Assembly (NCBI GenBank): GCA_029258835.1
Contig: JAPDJY010000087.1
Coordinates: 1 to 38,977 of the forward strand
Direction of reading: 5' to 3'
DNA length: 38,977 nucleotides
Source of the DNA: Thermoproteota archaeon
Lineage (GTDB): Archaea; Asgardarchaeota; Jordiarchaeia; Jordiarchaeales; Freyrarchaeaceae
The notes beneath the pieces were generated by a model. The model worked only from the letters and a program-made list of their open reading frames with translations. It searched no databases and was not told the origin of the DNA. Below are positions 1 through 8,892 of this stretch, piece by piece. The first letter of the stretch is position 1. Every line of letters begins with the position of its first letter. The position numbers and the translations under genes are program-made.

Positions 1-265
1 GTCAACGTTCTCCATATCCTACATTGGAACAGACCCGAAAGTTAGACTGGAAAAACCCGTTATCAACGCTGTGATATGGCTTGACGGAACAAGGCTTGAA
101 ACCCCATCCTCAAAAACGGTAAGACACTGGGGTGGCTTCATGCATAAGCTCGGCGAGGTAAGCCCGGACGACGTAAGGATCGGCATGAGAGTTAAAGCCG
201 TCTGGGAGCCCCCTGAGAAGCGTAGAGGCTCGATCCTCGACATAAAATACTTTAAGCCGGTGTAG
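1..265 (+). CDS. DUF35-family Zn-ribbon/OB-fold protein (5' truncated by window edge)
   Basis: Frame open from base 2 (STFSISYIGTDPKVRLEKPVINAVIWLDG...GGFMHKLGEVSPDDVRIGMRVKAVW...GSILDIKYFKPV); typical DUF35 OB-fold C-terminus. Confidence 0.85.
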   Translation, partial: STFSISYIGTDPKVRLEKPVINAVIWLDGTRLETPSSKTVRHWGGFMHKLGEVSPDDVRIGMRVKAVWEPPEKRRGSILDIKYFKPV

Positions 266-276
266 GAGGGGTTGTG

Positions 277-756
277 ATGGCTGAACCATATAAGCCCCCA
301 TACGTCGGGTCTATCACCCGACACTGGGATGAAAGCAACATAGACAACTACTACGAGTACCCTGCTGGCTTCGCTGCGTCAAGGTTCTTCCACGAGCTTA
401 AGGAGAACGGGAGAATAGTGGCTAGTGTGTGCAAGGCATGCGGGTGCAAAACCCTCCCCCCGAAAGCCTTCTGTCCGCGCTGCTTTAAAAGCGACGTCGA
501 CTATGTTGACGTGGGGTTGAGAGGGACTGTCTACACGTTCACCGTATCCTATGTTGACTTAGACGGTTCAAGGCTTGAGAAACCAATAATATGGGCGTTA
601 ATAGTTTTCGACGGTGTCGAGGGGGGAATGATCCACAGACTGGACGAGGTTGACCCTGAAAGCGTCCAAGTGGGCATGACGGTTGAAGCTGTTCTAAGAC
701 CGAAAGAAGACAGGATAGGCAGCATACTAGACATAAAATACTTTAAACCCCCCTAA
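277..756 (+). CDS. DUF35-family Zn-ribbon/OB-fold protein (acyl-CoA-binding, thiolase-associated type)
   Basis: CKACG...PPKAFCPRC Zn ribbon, GTVYTFTV, VQVGMTVEAV; RBS GGAGGGG upstream. Confidence 0.9.
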   Translation: MAEPYKPPYVGSITRHWDESNIDNYYEYPAGFAASRFFHELKENGRIVASVCKACGCKTLPPKAFCPRCFKSDVDYVDVGLRGTVYTFTVSYVDLDGSRLEKPIIWALIVFDGVEGGMIHRLDEVDPESVQVGMTVEAVLRPKEDRIGSILDIKYFKPP

Positions 757-916
757 CTCCTTTTTCTTTAAGAGTTTTCGGGAAGAAGCTTTAATGATGG
801 AAGTGTAACGCTCAAATCATCCTTTGCGGGCATACGTCAATTTTTGCTTTTCCGATGTTTCGTCTAAAAGTGTTAAAGTGCCTCTTGCCATGCTGAGGGT
901 CCTAGAGGATGGTTTG

Positions 917-1393
917 ATGAGGTTTGAGATCCTATTCTTCGACGAGCTCTCAGGCGAGGATATAAACGAAATATGTAGGGTTTTTAATGAGGCCTTCTTC
1001 TTGGCTAGGGGGGCTTTGCCTCGTTACTTAGAAGTCGGGGAGAGTGGATGGGCAGATATGGAGTTTGGAGGCGTGTGGCTGCTGTCTTAGGGGCAGGGAT
1101 CGTGGACGTATTGTTTCAACGGTCTAGGGCCTATCGGCACGGTAGTATACTTAAACCCTCAACGTGTGGGGGCCGTCGTAGCTTCCCTCACCGAAAAGCT
1201 GGAATCTTTGAGAGTACCGTTAATTCTTACTGCAGTAACGTCAACGGTTAAAATGCAGGTTAGGAGGGGAGGATCCCTCCCTCTAGGAGGGCGTACCACA
1301 GCTATGATCCTTCCCGTAGGGAAAAGTGTATTTATGAGGAAGGAAAGGATTTACGTGCCTGTGGAGCATGTTTGGGGAATGGTAGCACTCTAA
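917..1393 (+). pseudogene. Disrupted gene, possibly a GNAT-like acetyltransferase remnant
   Basis: ORFs 824..1090 and 1166..1393 are in the same frame, separated by TAG at 1088-1090; N-terminal MRFEILFFDELSGEDINEICRVFNEAF resembles GNAT helix 1; an alternative frame gives RVAAVLGAGIVDV. Confidence 0.4.
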
Positions 1394-1426
1394 CCCATAG
1401 CTAGGGTTCCCGGTTTGGTGTGAAGG

Positions 1427-2053
1427 ATGAACGATGAGGAAGAGCTCGTTGCATGCGTTAAGCTGGAAGGTGGAAACGTTATAATTTACCCTTTAAGTAG
1501 GGGGGAAGCTCACAAGTTCAATGTCCCCCACATTGTCGTGAGGGTGCTGGGTTTTAACAGGGACGGCTTACTCCTCGTTCAGAAAAGATCTAAACTTAAG
1601 AAGAGTAATCCTGGAAAGTATACTGATACGGCTTCAGGCCACGTTTCTCCTCATGAAGCGTCAAGCCTAACCGGGTTGGCTTCGGCTGCAAGGAGGGAAC
1701 TTCTAGAGGAAATGGGCGTAGACGGGGAAATCTCCTTCTTCACAGGCCCCATCTACGACGAGGAAGACAATGAAGTGAACTACGCCTTCTTAGCACTTAT
1801 AAATAGCACCCCTGCCTTCGGGAGCGAGGTGGACCCAGAGGGAAGCGGCTTCAAGACACCAAGCGAGTTAAGGGAGATGCTGTCGTCCCAGCCATTTGTT
1901 CACATTGCCAAGTTTCTTTGGGAAATGTTCTTGGAGAAGTATCCATGCTTAGACGACGTTAAACGGTTGGCGTCTGGTTTTAGGTCTGCTGTTCCGGGAA
2001 AAGACCTCAGGAAGGATCTAGCATCCCTCCTAACACCCCGCCAGTCCGGGTAA
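1427..2053 (+). CDS. Nudix hydrolase (YfcD/IPP-isomerase-like fold)
   Basis: LLVQKRS..K...PGKYTDTASGHV and Nudix box AARRELLEEMG. Confidence 0.85.
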   Translation: MNDEEELVACVKLEGGNVIIYPLSRGEAHKFNVPHIVVRVLGFNRDGLLLVQKRSKLKKSNPGKYTDTASGHVSPHEASSLTGLASAARRELLEEMGVDGEISFFTGPIYDEEDNEVNYAFLALINSTPAFGSEVDPEGSGFKTPSELREMLSSQPFVHIAKFLWEMFLEKYPCLDDVKRLASGFRSAVPGKDLRKDLASLLTPRQSG

Positions 2054-2134
2054 CCCTTAAATTTAAAGGCTCTCTTGTTTTCTAGTTTCTTGAATAAAAC
2101 CTGCTGGAAACAACCTTGTAGGGAGGATTTCCAC

Positions 2135-4087
2135 TTGGTTAGTGATGTTCTCATCGACGAGCCCGGAAGGAAAGTCTTGCTTCTTGGAAACGAGGCCGTT
2201 GCGAGAGGAGCCCTGGAGGCTGGTGTTGGTTTTGCTTCAACTTACCCAGGGACTCCTGCCAGCGAGGTTGGCGACACGCTGGCTGAAGTAGCCAAGGAGC
2301 TTCCTGGACTTGTGTTTCAGTACTCGACGAATGAGTACGTTGCACTAGAAAACGCGATTGGGGCTAGCTGGAGTGGCGTCCGCTCCCTTTGCGCCATGAA
2401 GATGGTTGGCATGAACGTGGCTTCAGACCCTCTCTTCACGCTGTGCTACTGTGGAGTAGGGGCGGAGGGTGGACTCGTAATAGTTAATGGTGGGGACCCA
2501 AGCTGCATTTCAAGCACAAACGAACAGGATAATAGGTACTATGGGTTGCACGCTCACATGCCGGTGGTGGAACCATCTAACCCGCAGGAGTGTAAGGACT
2601 TCACCATTACAGCCTTCGACATATCAGAGGAGTTCGACGTGCCCGTTATGCTTAACATGACAGCTAGGACAAGTCATTCTCTCGGAGCCGTAACCCTTGG
2701 AAAGCTTAAGCCGCCGAAGGAGGAAGGGTACTTCGTAAAGAACTGGGCTAAGTACTTCAGCGCCTTGGTTATAGCCGTTACAAACAAGCAAAAGCTCCTC
2801 AGGAACATGAACAGGATTGCAGAGGAGTACGCCTACAACACCCCCCTTAACAAGATCCTTGAAGGGAAGGGAAGAATAGGTATAGTTACCTCGGGCGTCT
2901 CGTACAACTACACGCTCGAAGCCTTAGACATGCTAAAAATCTACGATGTTCCAATCCTTAAGCTGGGTTTAGCATACCCTCTCTCCCGTAAGCTTATAGC
3001 CGAGTTCGCAGGGGACCTTGACACGATAGTTGTGATGGAGGAGCTTGAAGGCTTCCTTGAAGACGAGCTGAAGAAGATAGCGTATGATGAGGGTTTAAGT
3101 GTCAAAATAGTTGGAAAGGCGCTTTTCTCCCCTGCAGGAGAGCTGAGCGTCGACGACGCCGTAATGGCGTACAGCAAAGTTTTCGGTGTAGAGTCCCCGG
3201 TAAACCCTCAAGAACTAGCCATGAAGACGCTAGGCTTCACCAACCTCTTGCTTATGAGGACCCCGGGCTTCTGCCCCGGATGCCCTCACAGGGCGACCCT
3301 TTATGCCATTAAAAAGGCCATAGAGGGTAAAGGGTACGACGTGGTGTGGGGAGGCGACATAGGATGCTACGCCAACGCGACGCTTCCGCCATTTAACATG
3401 AGCGACTTCATGGTTTGCATGTCAGCTGGAATAAGCATCGCCTCAGGCATAAGCTTCAAGAGTAAAAAACAGAAAGTGGTCGCGTTCATAGGCGACTCCA
3501 CGTTCTTCCACACAGGTATGCCAGCCGTCCTCAACTGTGTCTGGAACAACGCAGACATACTGATAGTGGTTATGGATAACAGGTGGACTGCCATGACAGG
3601 ACACCAGCCCCACCCTGGAACCGGTCTCTCAGCCACAGGGAAGGCCAAGGCGATAGACATAGCCGAGGTTTGCAAGGCACTTGGGGTAGACTACGTGAGG
3701 GTGGTTGATCCCTTTAACCTTAACCATGCCATCTCCGTCTTCGACGAGGCCTTTAAGCAGAGCGGAGTCCGCGTCGTCGTCTCCCGTCAGGAGTGCATAC
3801 TCCAAACTAAGAGACGTATGAAGGAGATAGAAGAAGAAAAGCTGAGGAAGGGAATTGAAGAGTACTACGAGGTCGCAGAGCACATCTGCATATTCTGTGA
3901 GGAGTGTGTGAAGGAGTTCGGCTGCCCCGCCATAACGGTAGACGAGTTTGAAGGAAATAAAGTTTCAAAGATAGACCTTGCAAGATGTGTGAACTGCGGC
4001 GTCTGCAAGGAGCTCTGTAAGGGGTGCGCCATAACAAGGACTAAGATCTGGAGGAACGCTTCAATCCTTGAGGAGGCTAAAGCATGA
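2135..4087 (+). CDS. iorA: Indolepyruvate ferredoxin oxidoreductase alpha subunit
   Basis: LLGNEAVARGALEAGV, YPGTPASE, FCPGCPHR, GDIGC, TPP motif GDSTFFHTG...DNRWTAMTG, C-terminal 2x[4Fe-4S]; TTG start at 2135 after GGGAGG. Confidence 0.95.
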   Translation: MVSDVLIDEPGRKVLLLGNEAVARGALEAGVGFASTYPGTPASEVGDTLAEVAKELPGLVFQYSTNEYVALENAIGASWSGVRSLCAMKMVGMNVASDPLFTLCYCGVGAEGGLVIVNGGDPSCISSTNEQDNRYYGLHAHMPVVEPSNPQECKDFTITAFDISEEFDVPVMLNMTARTSHSLGAVTLGKLKPPKEEGYFVKNWAKYFSALVIAVTNKQKLLRNMNRIAEEYAYNTPLNKILEGKGRIGIVTSGVSYNYTLEALDMLKIYDVPILKLGLAYPLSRKLIAEFAGDLDTIVVMEELEGFLEDELKKIAYDEGLSVKIVGKALFSPAGELSVDDAVMAYSKVFGVESPVNPQELAMKTLGFTNLLLMRTPGFCPGCPHRATLYAIKKAIEGKGYDVVWGGDIGCYANATLPPFNMSDFMVCMSAGISIASGISFKSKKQKVVAFIGDSTFFHTGMPAVLNCVWNNADILIVVMDNRWTAMTGHQPHPGTGLSATGKAKAIDIAEVCKALGVDYVRVVDPFNLNHAISVFDEAFKQSGVRVVVSRQECILQTKRRMKEIEEEKLRKGIEEYYEVAEHICIFCEECVKEFGCPAITVDEFEGNKVSKIDLARCVNCGVCKELCKGCAITRTKIWRNASILEEAKA

Positions 4088-4725
4088 AGAAGTATAACAT
4101 CCTCATAGCCGGAGTCGGCGGTCAAGGGGTGGTAACCCTAGGGCTTTTACTCAAGTATGCTGCGATAAAGGAAGGCATCATGGTGGCTGGGACGGAGACG
4201 CGCGGAGCATCCCAAAGGGAAGGATCAGTAAACAGCCATGTAAGGTTCGCCGTCCTAGACCCCGGAGAGGAGTACGATGAAAGACGCGGGATACACTCCT
4301 CCCTGATCCCGTCTGGAACAGCCGACCTGATCATGGGAATGGAACCCATGGAAACACTAAGAAACATAAAGTACGTTTCAAGCTCTGGCATAGTAATAAT
4401 GAACACCTATGAAATATGGCCAATCCCCGTTAGAACAGGGGAAGCCACCTATCCCCCAATAGAGCAGTACGTCGAAGCCGCTAAAACATTCACGCCAAAC
4501 GTCTACCAAGTTAACGTCAACAAGATGGCCGATGAAAAGTATGGAGGATACACCCTGGCAGGAACTATAATGCTTGGTATAGGATTCGCAACAGGTAAAA
4601 TCCCCCTCCGAATGGAGTCGATCGAAGACGTCATAATGGAACGCCTAAGCAATCCCGAAGGAAACATAGACGCCCTACACTACGGATACGAAGAAGGGAA
4701 AAAACTAATCGGCTCCAAAACGTAA
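4084..4725 (+). CDS. iorB: Indolepyruvate ferredoxin oxidoreductase beta subunit
   Basis: IAGVGGQGVV, ETRGASQREGSV; start overlaps the iorA stop (ATGA). Confidence 0.93.
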   Translation: MKKYNILIAGVGGQGVVTLGLLLKYAAIKEGIMVAGTETRGASQREGSVNSHVRFAVLDPGEEYDERRGIHSSLIPSGTADLIMGMEPMETLRNIKYVSSSGIVIMNTYEIWPIPVRTGEATYPPIEQYVEAAKTFTPNVYQVNVNKMADEKYGGYTLAGTIMLGIGFATGKIPLRMESIEDVIMERLSNPEGNIDALHYGYEEGKKLIGSKT

Positions 4726-4857
4726 AACCTGCTAAAAAAGGACGCCCCTTAAAGCCGCATTCCCCCTTGAAGCTCAAGTGTAAACAGATTTTTAAGCCCC
4801 TTCCCACCCCTTTCTCCCTTAGTAGCATGCGTCATCCCGCATCACCCGTAGCAGACG

Positions 4858-5406
4858 CTAAAACAGCATTCTACCTCTAAGCCGGTGAAGGTATGTTAGC
4901 ATCCTGAACGTGCCTAGGAACCCATAAAACGCGGTTGCTAGAAGAATGGGTAAAGCCAGAACCCGCACGTCCCACGGGAATGTACACATGCTCGTTGGTG
5001 CGGCGAGAATGTACGAGACCGTTGCAGCTGGTACGGTGTAAAGGGCCAAGTGTCCCACCTCGCTTAGCACGATTTCACCCCATCCAGCCCTCCTAGCCGC
5101 TTTAACCATTAGCTCGAAGTACTTTTCTTCTCCCACACCCTTAACAAACCATGCACCCTGAACGTTCCCCGCCGCAAGAAGCAACGACAAGGTGAAGACG
5201 AAGACCGCTAAGGAAACGTGAAGCGATGCCAAGAAGACTACTGGCAGCTGCAGGAGGATAGCCCCCTTCCAGCCCAGCCTCCCGATAATCCGCCCAGTTT
5301 CAAGTTTAAGCCTTGGAGTAACATACCATGTTGAAAGCAGGTCAAGCCCTCTCCCAGCGGAAGCGACAGCCATGTTAAAAATTGGAACCCACCATTCCTG
5401 AAACAT
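4858..5406 (-). CDS. Hypothetical polytopic membrane protein
   Basis: 182-aa ORF with about 5 hydrophobic segments; 9 bp downstream of the preceding minus-strand gene. Confidence 0.7.
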   Translation of the reverse strand: MFQEWWVPIFNMAVASAGRGLDLLSTWYVTPRLKLETGRIIGRLGWKGAILLQLPVVFLASLHVSLAVFVFTLSLLLAAGNVQGAWFVKGVGEEKYFELMVKAARRAGWGEIVLSEVGHLALYTVPAATVSYILAAPTSMCTFPWDVRVLALPILLATAFYGFLGTFRMLTYLHRLRGRMLF

Positions 5407-5415
5407 AATGACACC

Positions 5416-5820
5416 TCAAACCTTTATCTTGCTCAGCCACCTCGATCTTTTAACCGCTTCAGGGCTAACCTCAACAACCCTCCCACCTACAATCACAAGA
5501 TGCACTATGGAAATAGTAGACCCAGAAATCTTCGCCGCCTCCTGTACAGCGTAGTGAAGCTGAACGCAATGAGGCGACCCGTCAATAGTGAGAACGGTCA
5601 CGCTCTTCGGCGGTCGCCTCAGCCTGAACATGTACGCCAACTTGTAAACAAGCATGTTAACATGCTCCTCCTCCAGACACACCGAAAGTGCCGTACGCCC
5701 CTTCGAAACATCGCCGAAAACCTCAGGATACTCCACCGGAACACACGAACCGTAAATAAGAATGTCCCTACCCTGAACTAAGCGGCTCCCCGCATTAGTA
5801 TCAATAAGCCTCCAGGACAA
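5416..5820 (-). CDS. Conserved Cys-containing protein (often labelled '4Fe-4S ferredoxin'-associated domain)
   Basis: IYGSC, VCLEEEH, TIDGSPHCVQLH motifs; likely TTG start (MSWRLIDT) after GGAGGG. Confidence 0.7.
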   Translation of the reverse strand: MSWRLIDTNAGSRLVQGRDILIYGSCVPVEYPEVFGDVSKGRTALSVCLEEEHVNMLVYKLAYMFRLRRPPKSVTVLTIDGSPHCVQLHYAVQEAAKISGSTISIVHLVIVGGRVVEVSPEAVKRSRWLSKIKV

Positions 5821-6018
5821 GCATAACCCTCCTAACCCAAAAATTAACCCAACAACTATAAAACTATTAAATGGAAAATATCTCACCTACTATAAAAATC
5901 ATCAGCATGAAAAAGGCGCTTACCTTAAAAAGAAGCATTCACGTGGCAAGCAGCAACAGGGTTCACGCTTGATAGGTTTTTATGGGTAATGTGGTTTTGG
6001 TTTGTTAGGCGTTTCCCG

Positions 6019-7167
6019 TCATCGGGCTAAGCCCTGATGTGGCATTCGGGGTACCGGAGCCCACACCCGAAGGTTCAGGACAGCAGCAACATCCCTATCA
6101 AGAACGACCCACACCCACACCCACACCCACACTTGCACCTCATCAATCTGCCCCGATGGGCTGCCATGGTATGACAGATGGGGCATGTCCTGGAGGAATA
6201 GGATGGGTTAACGTGCCCGGCCGGGAGCCCAGCCCCCCAGCTTGTACCCTAGCACGAGCTGGAATGTTCTTGCGTTCCACTCTGAAAGCCTGCGGCTGAT
6301 TCCTTTGCCCCCGGAGAACCCTGCCCTTAACGCCCTCCAGGTCCTCGAGTAGCGCGCCGCTACGCAACCCCTCCAGCTCCCCGGCTATCCTAGCCGTCAG
6401 CTTATGCATGAAATTCCCGGCCTATCCTTTTCCCTCCTGGAGTACTTCCGCATCAGCCTCCCAGCCGCCCTGGGCTTACGCCCGGATAGCTTCTGTATTC
6501 TTCTCCTCTTCTCCTCGTAGGCCCTGTGGACGTGGTGTGGCTGCCTGGGGCCGTACCTGACCACTCCCCCGTCGGTCAGGGCGGCCACTTGGTTGGGTTT
6601 GCGTCGAACGAAGCCCAATCTCTGGGATTGACGCTTCCGCTTTCCACTTTTTCTTGAAGTTGACTATGAGCCCGTTCTCCCTCGGTAGTCCGCCGATGGC
6701 GTCGAAGTCCCTTGGCAGGTAGTCATACCTTGCCAGGTTTACTTCCAGGTGTCGTTTACCCGGTTCGATGCTGATTTTTAGTTTTCCATCCCTGCACGTG
6801 AACAGCGTTGATTTTACGTAGACCGTCTTCCCCGCTACTTTGGGTTTGGATTTCGCCCTCCCCTGTTGTACAGTTTTATCCACCCTTGGCCAGCCCTATG
6901 GCCGAGTTTATGGCTGAGTCAGCGTAGTGCTTTGAGTACTTCCAGCCCTCTAGGAGGATACTCCTCAACCTTCTCCTATCCCCGGCCCTGAAGCTTAGGC
7001 GGGCCTTTCCACCTTCTGGGTGGGTGACGTGGCTCATGACGTGGTTCATGATTTCTTTCAGCGCTTTCTTCTTTGCCTCAAAGTATGCTTCCATCAGGTC
7101 TTTCGGGGCTTCTATGGGAGCCTTATATGCTTTGGTTGCGGTTGCTTCCCCCTTTGGTATCTTTCAC
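6019..7167 (-). pseudogene. tnpB: TnpB (RNA-guided RuvC endonuclease) pseudogene with multiple frameshifts
   Basis: KAYKAPIEAPKDLMEAY..., WKYSKHYADSAINS, RuvC-I WASFDAN, FMHKLT..LLEDLEG (RuvC-II), RRLSEWNARTFQ, VNPSYSSRTCPIC, DRDVAAVLNL (RuvC-III), spread across different frames. Confidence 0.85.
6107..6131 (+). repeat. Hexanucleotide tandem repeat (CCCACA)x4
   Basis: cccacacccacacccacacccacac seen directly, within the tnpB Zn-ribbon coding region. Confidence 0.9.
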
Positions 7168-7307
7168 CTCTCCGGGCCTTGTGTCTTCCGCTTGGGGCTC
7201 GCCGCCCTGACCCCTCCCTCCTTGGCCCACCTGGCAACGGTGTGCCCGCCAACCCGAGGAGCTCGGCGACCCCGCCGCTCCCCAACAATTCCCTCCCCTC
7301 CCACCAT
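7168..7307 (-). pseudogene. IS607 TnpA N-terminal HTH remnant
   Basis: Joining frames gives ELLGSGGVAELLG/VGGHTVARWAKEGGVRAA/PSGRH, matching the IS607 HTH pattern; the catalytic domain is absent. Confidence 0.6.
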
Positions 7308-7558
7308 ACACACCACAAACACCAAAACAAGCAACCAAACATAAAAACCTGTCTAAAACACAACAGCTACACAAGGCAAAACCCCAACTTAACCACAAGT
7401 TTATATCACATTTCCCCTCAAGTCAACCTACTCCCATTTTGGGATGAACAATCGCTTTAAAATATCATGTGAAAAGCCCCCAACACCAAACCGACGATAA
7501 AAGAAAAATCAAAAAGAAGAGGGGAGAATCTCTCCATCCGTTTCAACGTTTTCCAGTT

Positions 7559-8029
7559 CTATTCTTTTGCGAACACGTAGGCTAACACTCCGCCAATAAG
7601 TGCAAGCATTGCTCCAACGTTGAAGAACACCAAGAAGCCTATTAATCCGAAGATTAGGCAGAGGGCGGCGCCTGCCTTCATCCCCTTCCAGCTTAGCAGG
7701 CCGCCAATGATTATTAGTATCCCGATTATTATCAGGAGTATGCTATAGGCGTATATGCCGCTGCCCAGGGTGCCCATCATGCTGGGGAGGAGACCGACGA
7801 AGATCGTGAGGTTGCTTAGGATTAACTGGAGAAGTGGAAGCGCTGTTATAACGGGGGCAAACGTCTCGGGGCTGATTGCGTAGGCGGCAAGCGCTGACAT
7901 TATCGTGTTGTTTATAGCGCTGGGTATTGGCATTAGGAGTGCGCCTACCCCTAACGCGTAGATTCCGCCGATTACTGATAGTATTGCCCATGCTGATAGC
8001 ATTTCCTTTTCAGAAACAGTTTCAGCCAT
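7559..8029 (-). CDS. Hypothetical membrane protein
   Basis: 156 aa, almost entirely hydrophobic helices; RBS GAGGGAG. Confidence 0.75.
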   Translation of the reverse strand: MAETVSEKEMLSAWAILSVIGGIYALGVGALLMPIPSAINNTIMSALAAYAISPETFAPVITALPLLQLILSNLTIFVGLLPSMMGTLGSGIYAYSILLIIIGILIIIGGLLSWKGMKAGAALCLIFGLIGFLVFFNVGAMLALIGGVLAYVFAKE

Positions 8030-8153
8030 TTCTCTCCCTCACTTTCTCTTTCACTCTTAGCAAGACCTCCCACCGGCATTTATAAATTTTTTCTAGCCGT
8101 GTGCTTTCCCATTCGACAATCAACTTAACACCTGCGCCATGGCTTCAATAAGG

Positions 8154-8182
8154 TTTATATACTTTTTTAGGTCATCCTAAAA
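8154..8182 (+). promoter_or_regulatory. TATA box plus DtxR/IdeR-like palindromic operator
   Basis: TTTATATA (8154-8161) followed by TTTTAGG-TCAT-CCTAAAA (8165-8182), which resembles DtxR-family TTAGG...CCTAA boxes. Confidence 0.75.
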
Positions 8183-8191
8183 CAGGTGTAG

Positions 8192-8881
8192 GTGTTGACG
8201 CAGGAGCACGAACTTTCCATTTCAGAGGAAGAATACATAGAGGCGCTTTACAATCTTATGGAGGAAGGGAAGACTCACGTTCGGACGAGTGAACTAGCCG
8301 AAAGACTCGGCGTCTCCCCTCCATCTGTAACCGAGATGGTGAAGGGTCCCCTTGCAAGGAAGAAGCTGGTCGTGTACACCCCGTATAAGGGTGTCCGTTT
8401 GACGGCTAAGGGGCGTGAAGCGGCTGCACGGGTTGTGAGACGGCACAGGATTGCTGAGCGCCTCTTAGCGGACATTGTAGGGGTCGAATGGGAGAAATGT
8501 CATGAAGAGGCCTGTAAGCTCGAGCATGCTTTAAGCGATGAGGTAGCTGATAAGCTGGCAGCCACCTTAAAGAACCCTGCCACGTGCCCTCACGGGAACG
8601 TGATACCCCCACCTACAGGGGAAATAAGGGATGACGGGAGCAAACCCCTCCTAGAATTCTCTCCTCCCTTAAGGGTTAGGGTTGTGAAGATAGTTCGGGA
8701 AAGCCGCAACCTGCTAAGGCGGCTAGCCGCTATGGGCATTCTGCCAGGGGTCGAACTTAAAATAGTTAAAAGGGCTCCATTTAACGGGCCGATCTTGGTC
8801 GATTTAGATGGCTTCCAAGTGGCGCTTAGCGGCGACATCGCTAAGTCCATCATGGTTATTCCGGTGGTGGACGGAGCTTAG
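8192..8881 (+). CDS. DtxR/MntR-family metal-dependent transcriptional regulator with C-terminal FeoA/SH3-like domain
   Basis: EEYIEALY, LGVSPPSVTEM, RRHRIAE, EEACKLEH, CPHGNVIP; C-terminal RRLAAMGILPG...APFNGPI. Confidence 0.93.
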   Translation: MLTQEHELSISEEEYIEALYNLMEEGKTHVRTSELAERLGVSPPSVTEMVKGPLARKKLVVYTPYKGVRLTAKGREAAARVVRRHRIAERLLADIVGVEWEKCHEEACKLEHALSDEVADKLAATLKNPATCPHGNVIPPPTGEIRDDGSKPLLEFSPPLRVRVVKIVRESRNLLRRLAAMGILPGVELKIVKRAPFNGPILVDLDGFQVALSGDIAKSIMVIPVVDGA

Positions 8882-8892
8882 GCGGTGCCATC

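Larger units (their letters stand above)
5965..7360 (-). mobile_element. Decayed IS607-like element (tnpA remnant + tnpB pseudogene); ends approximate
   Basis: TnpB fragments in several frames plus an upstream MerR-like HTH remnant typical of IS607 serine-recombinase TnpA; strongly skewed CA/GT-rich flanks. Confidence 0.8.

Noticed and set aside
1427-2053. Type 1 isopentenyl-diphosphate isomerase (idi)
   Set aside because: Lacks the catalytic Cys (TASGHV instead of CCSHP-like) and has a full Nudix box
7020-7460. Plus-strand ORFs of 146 and 106 aa and overlapping minus-strand ORFs
   Set aside because: Shadows of the IS remnant and its low-complexity CA-rich end
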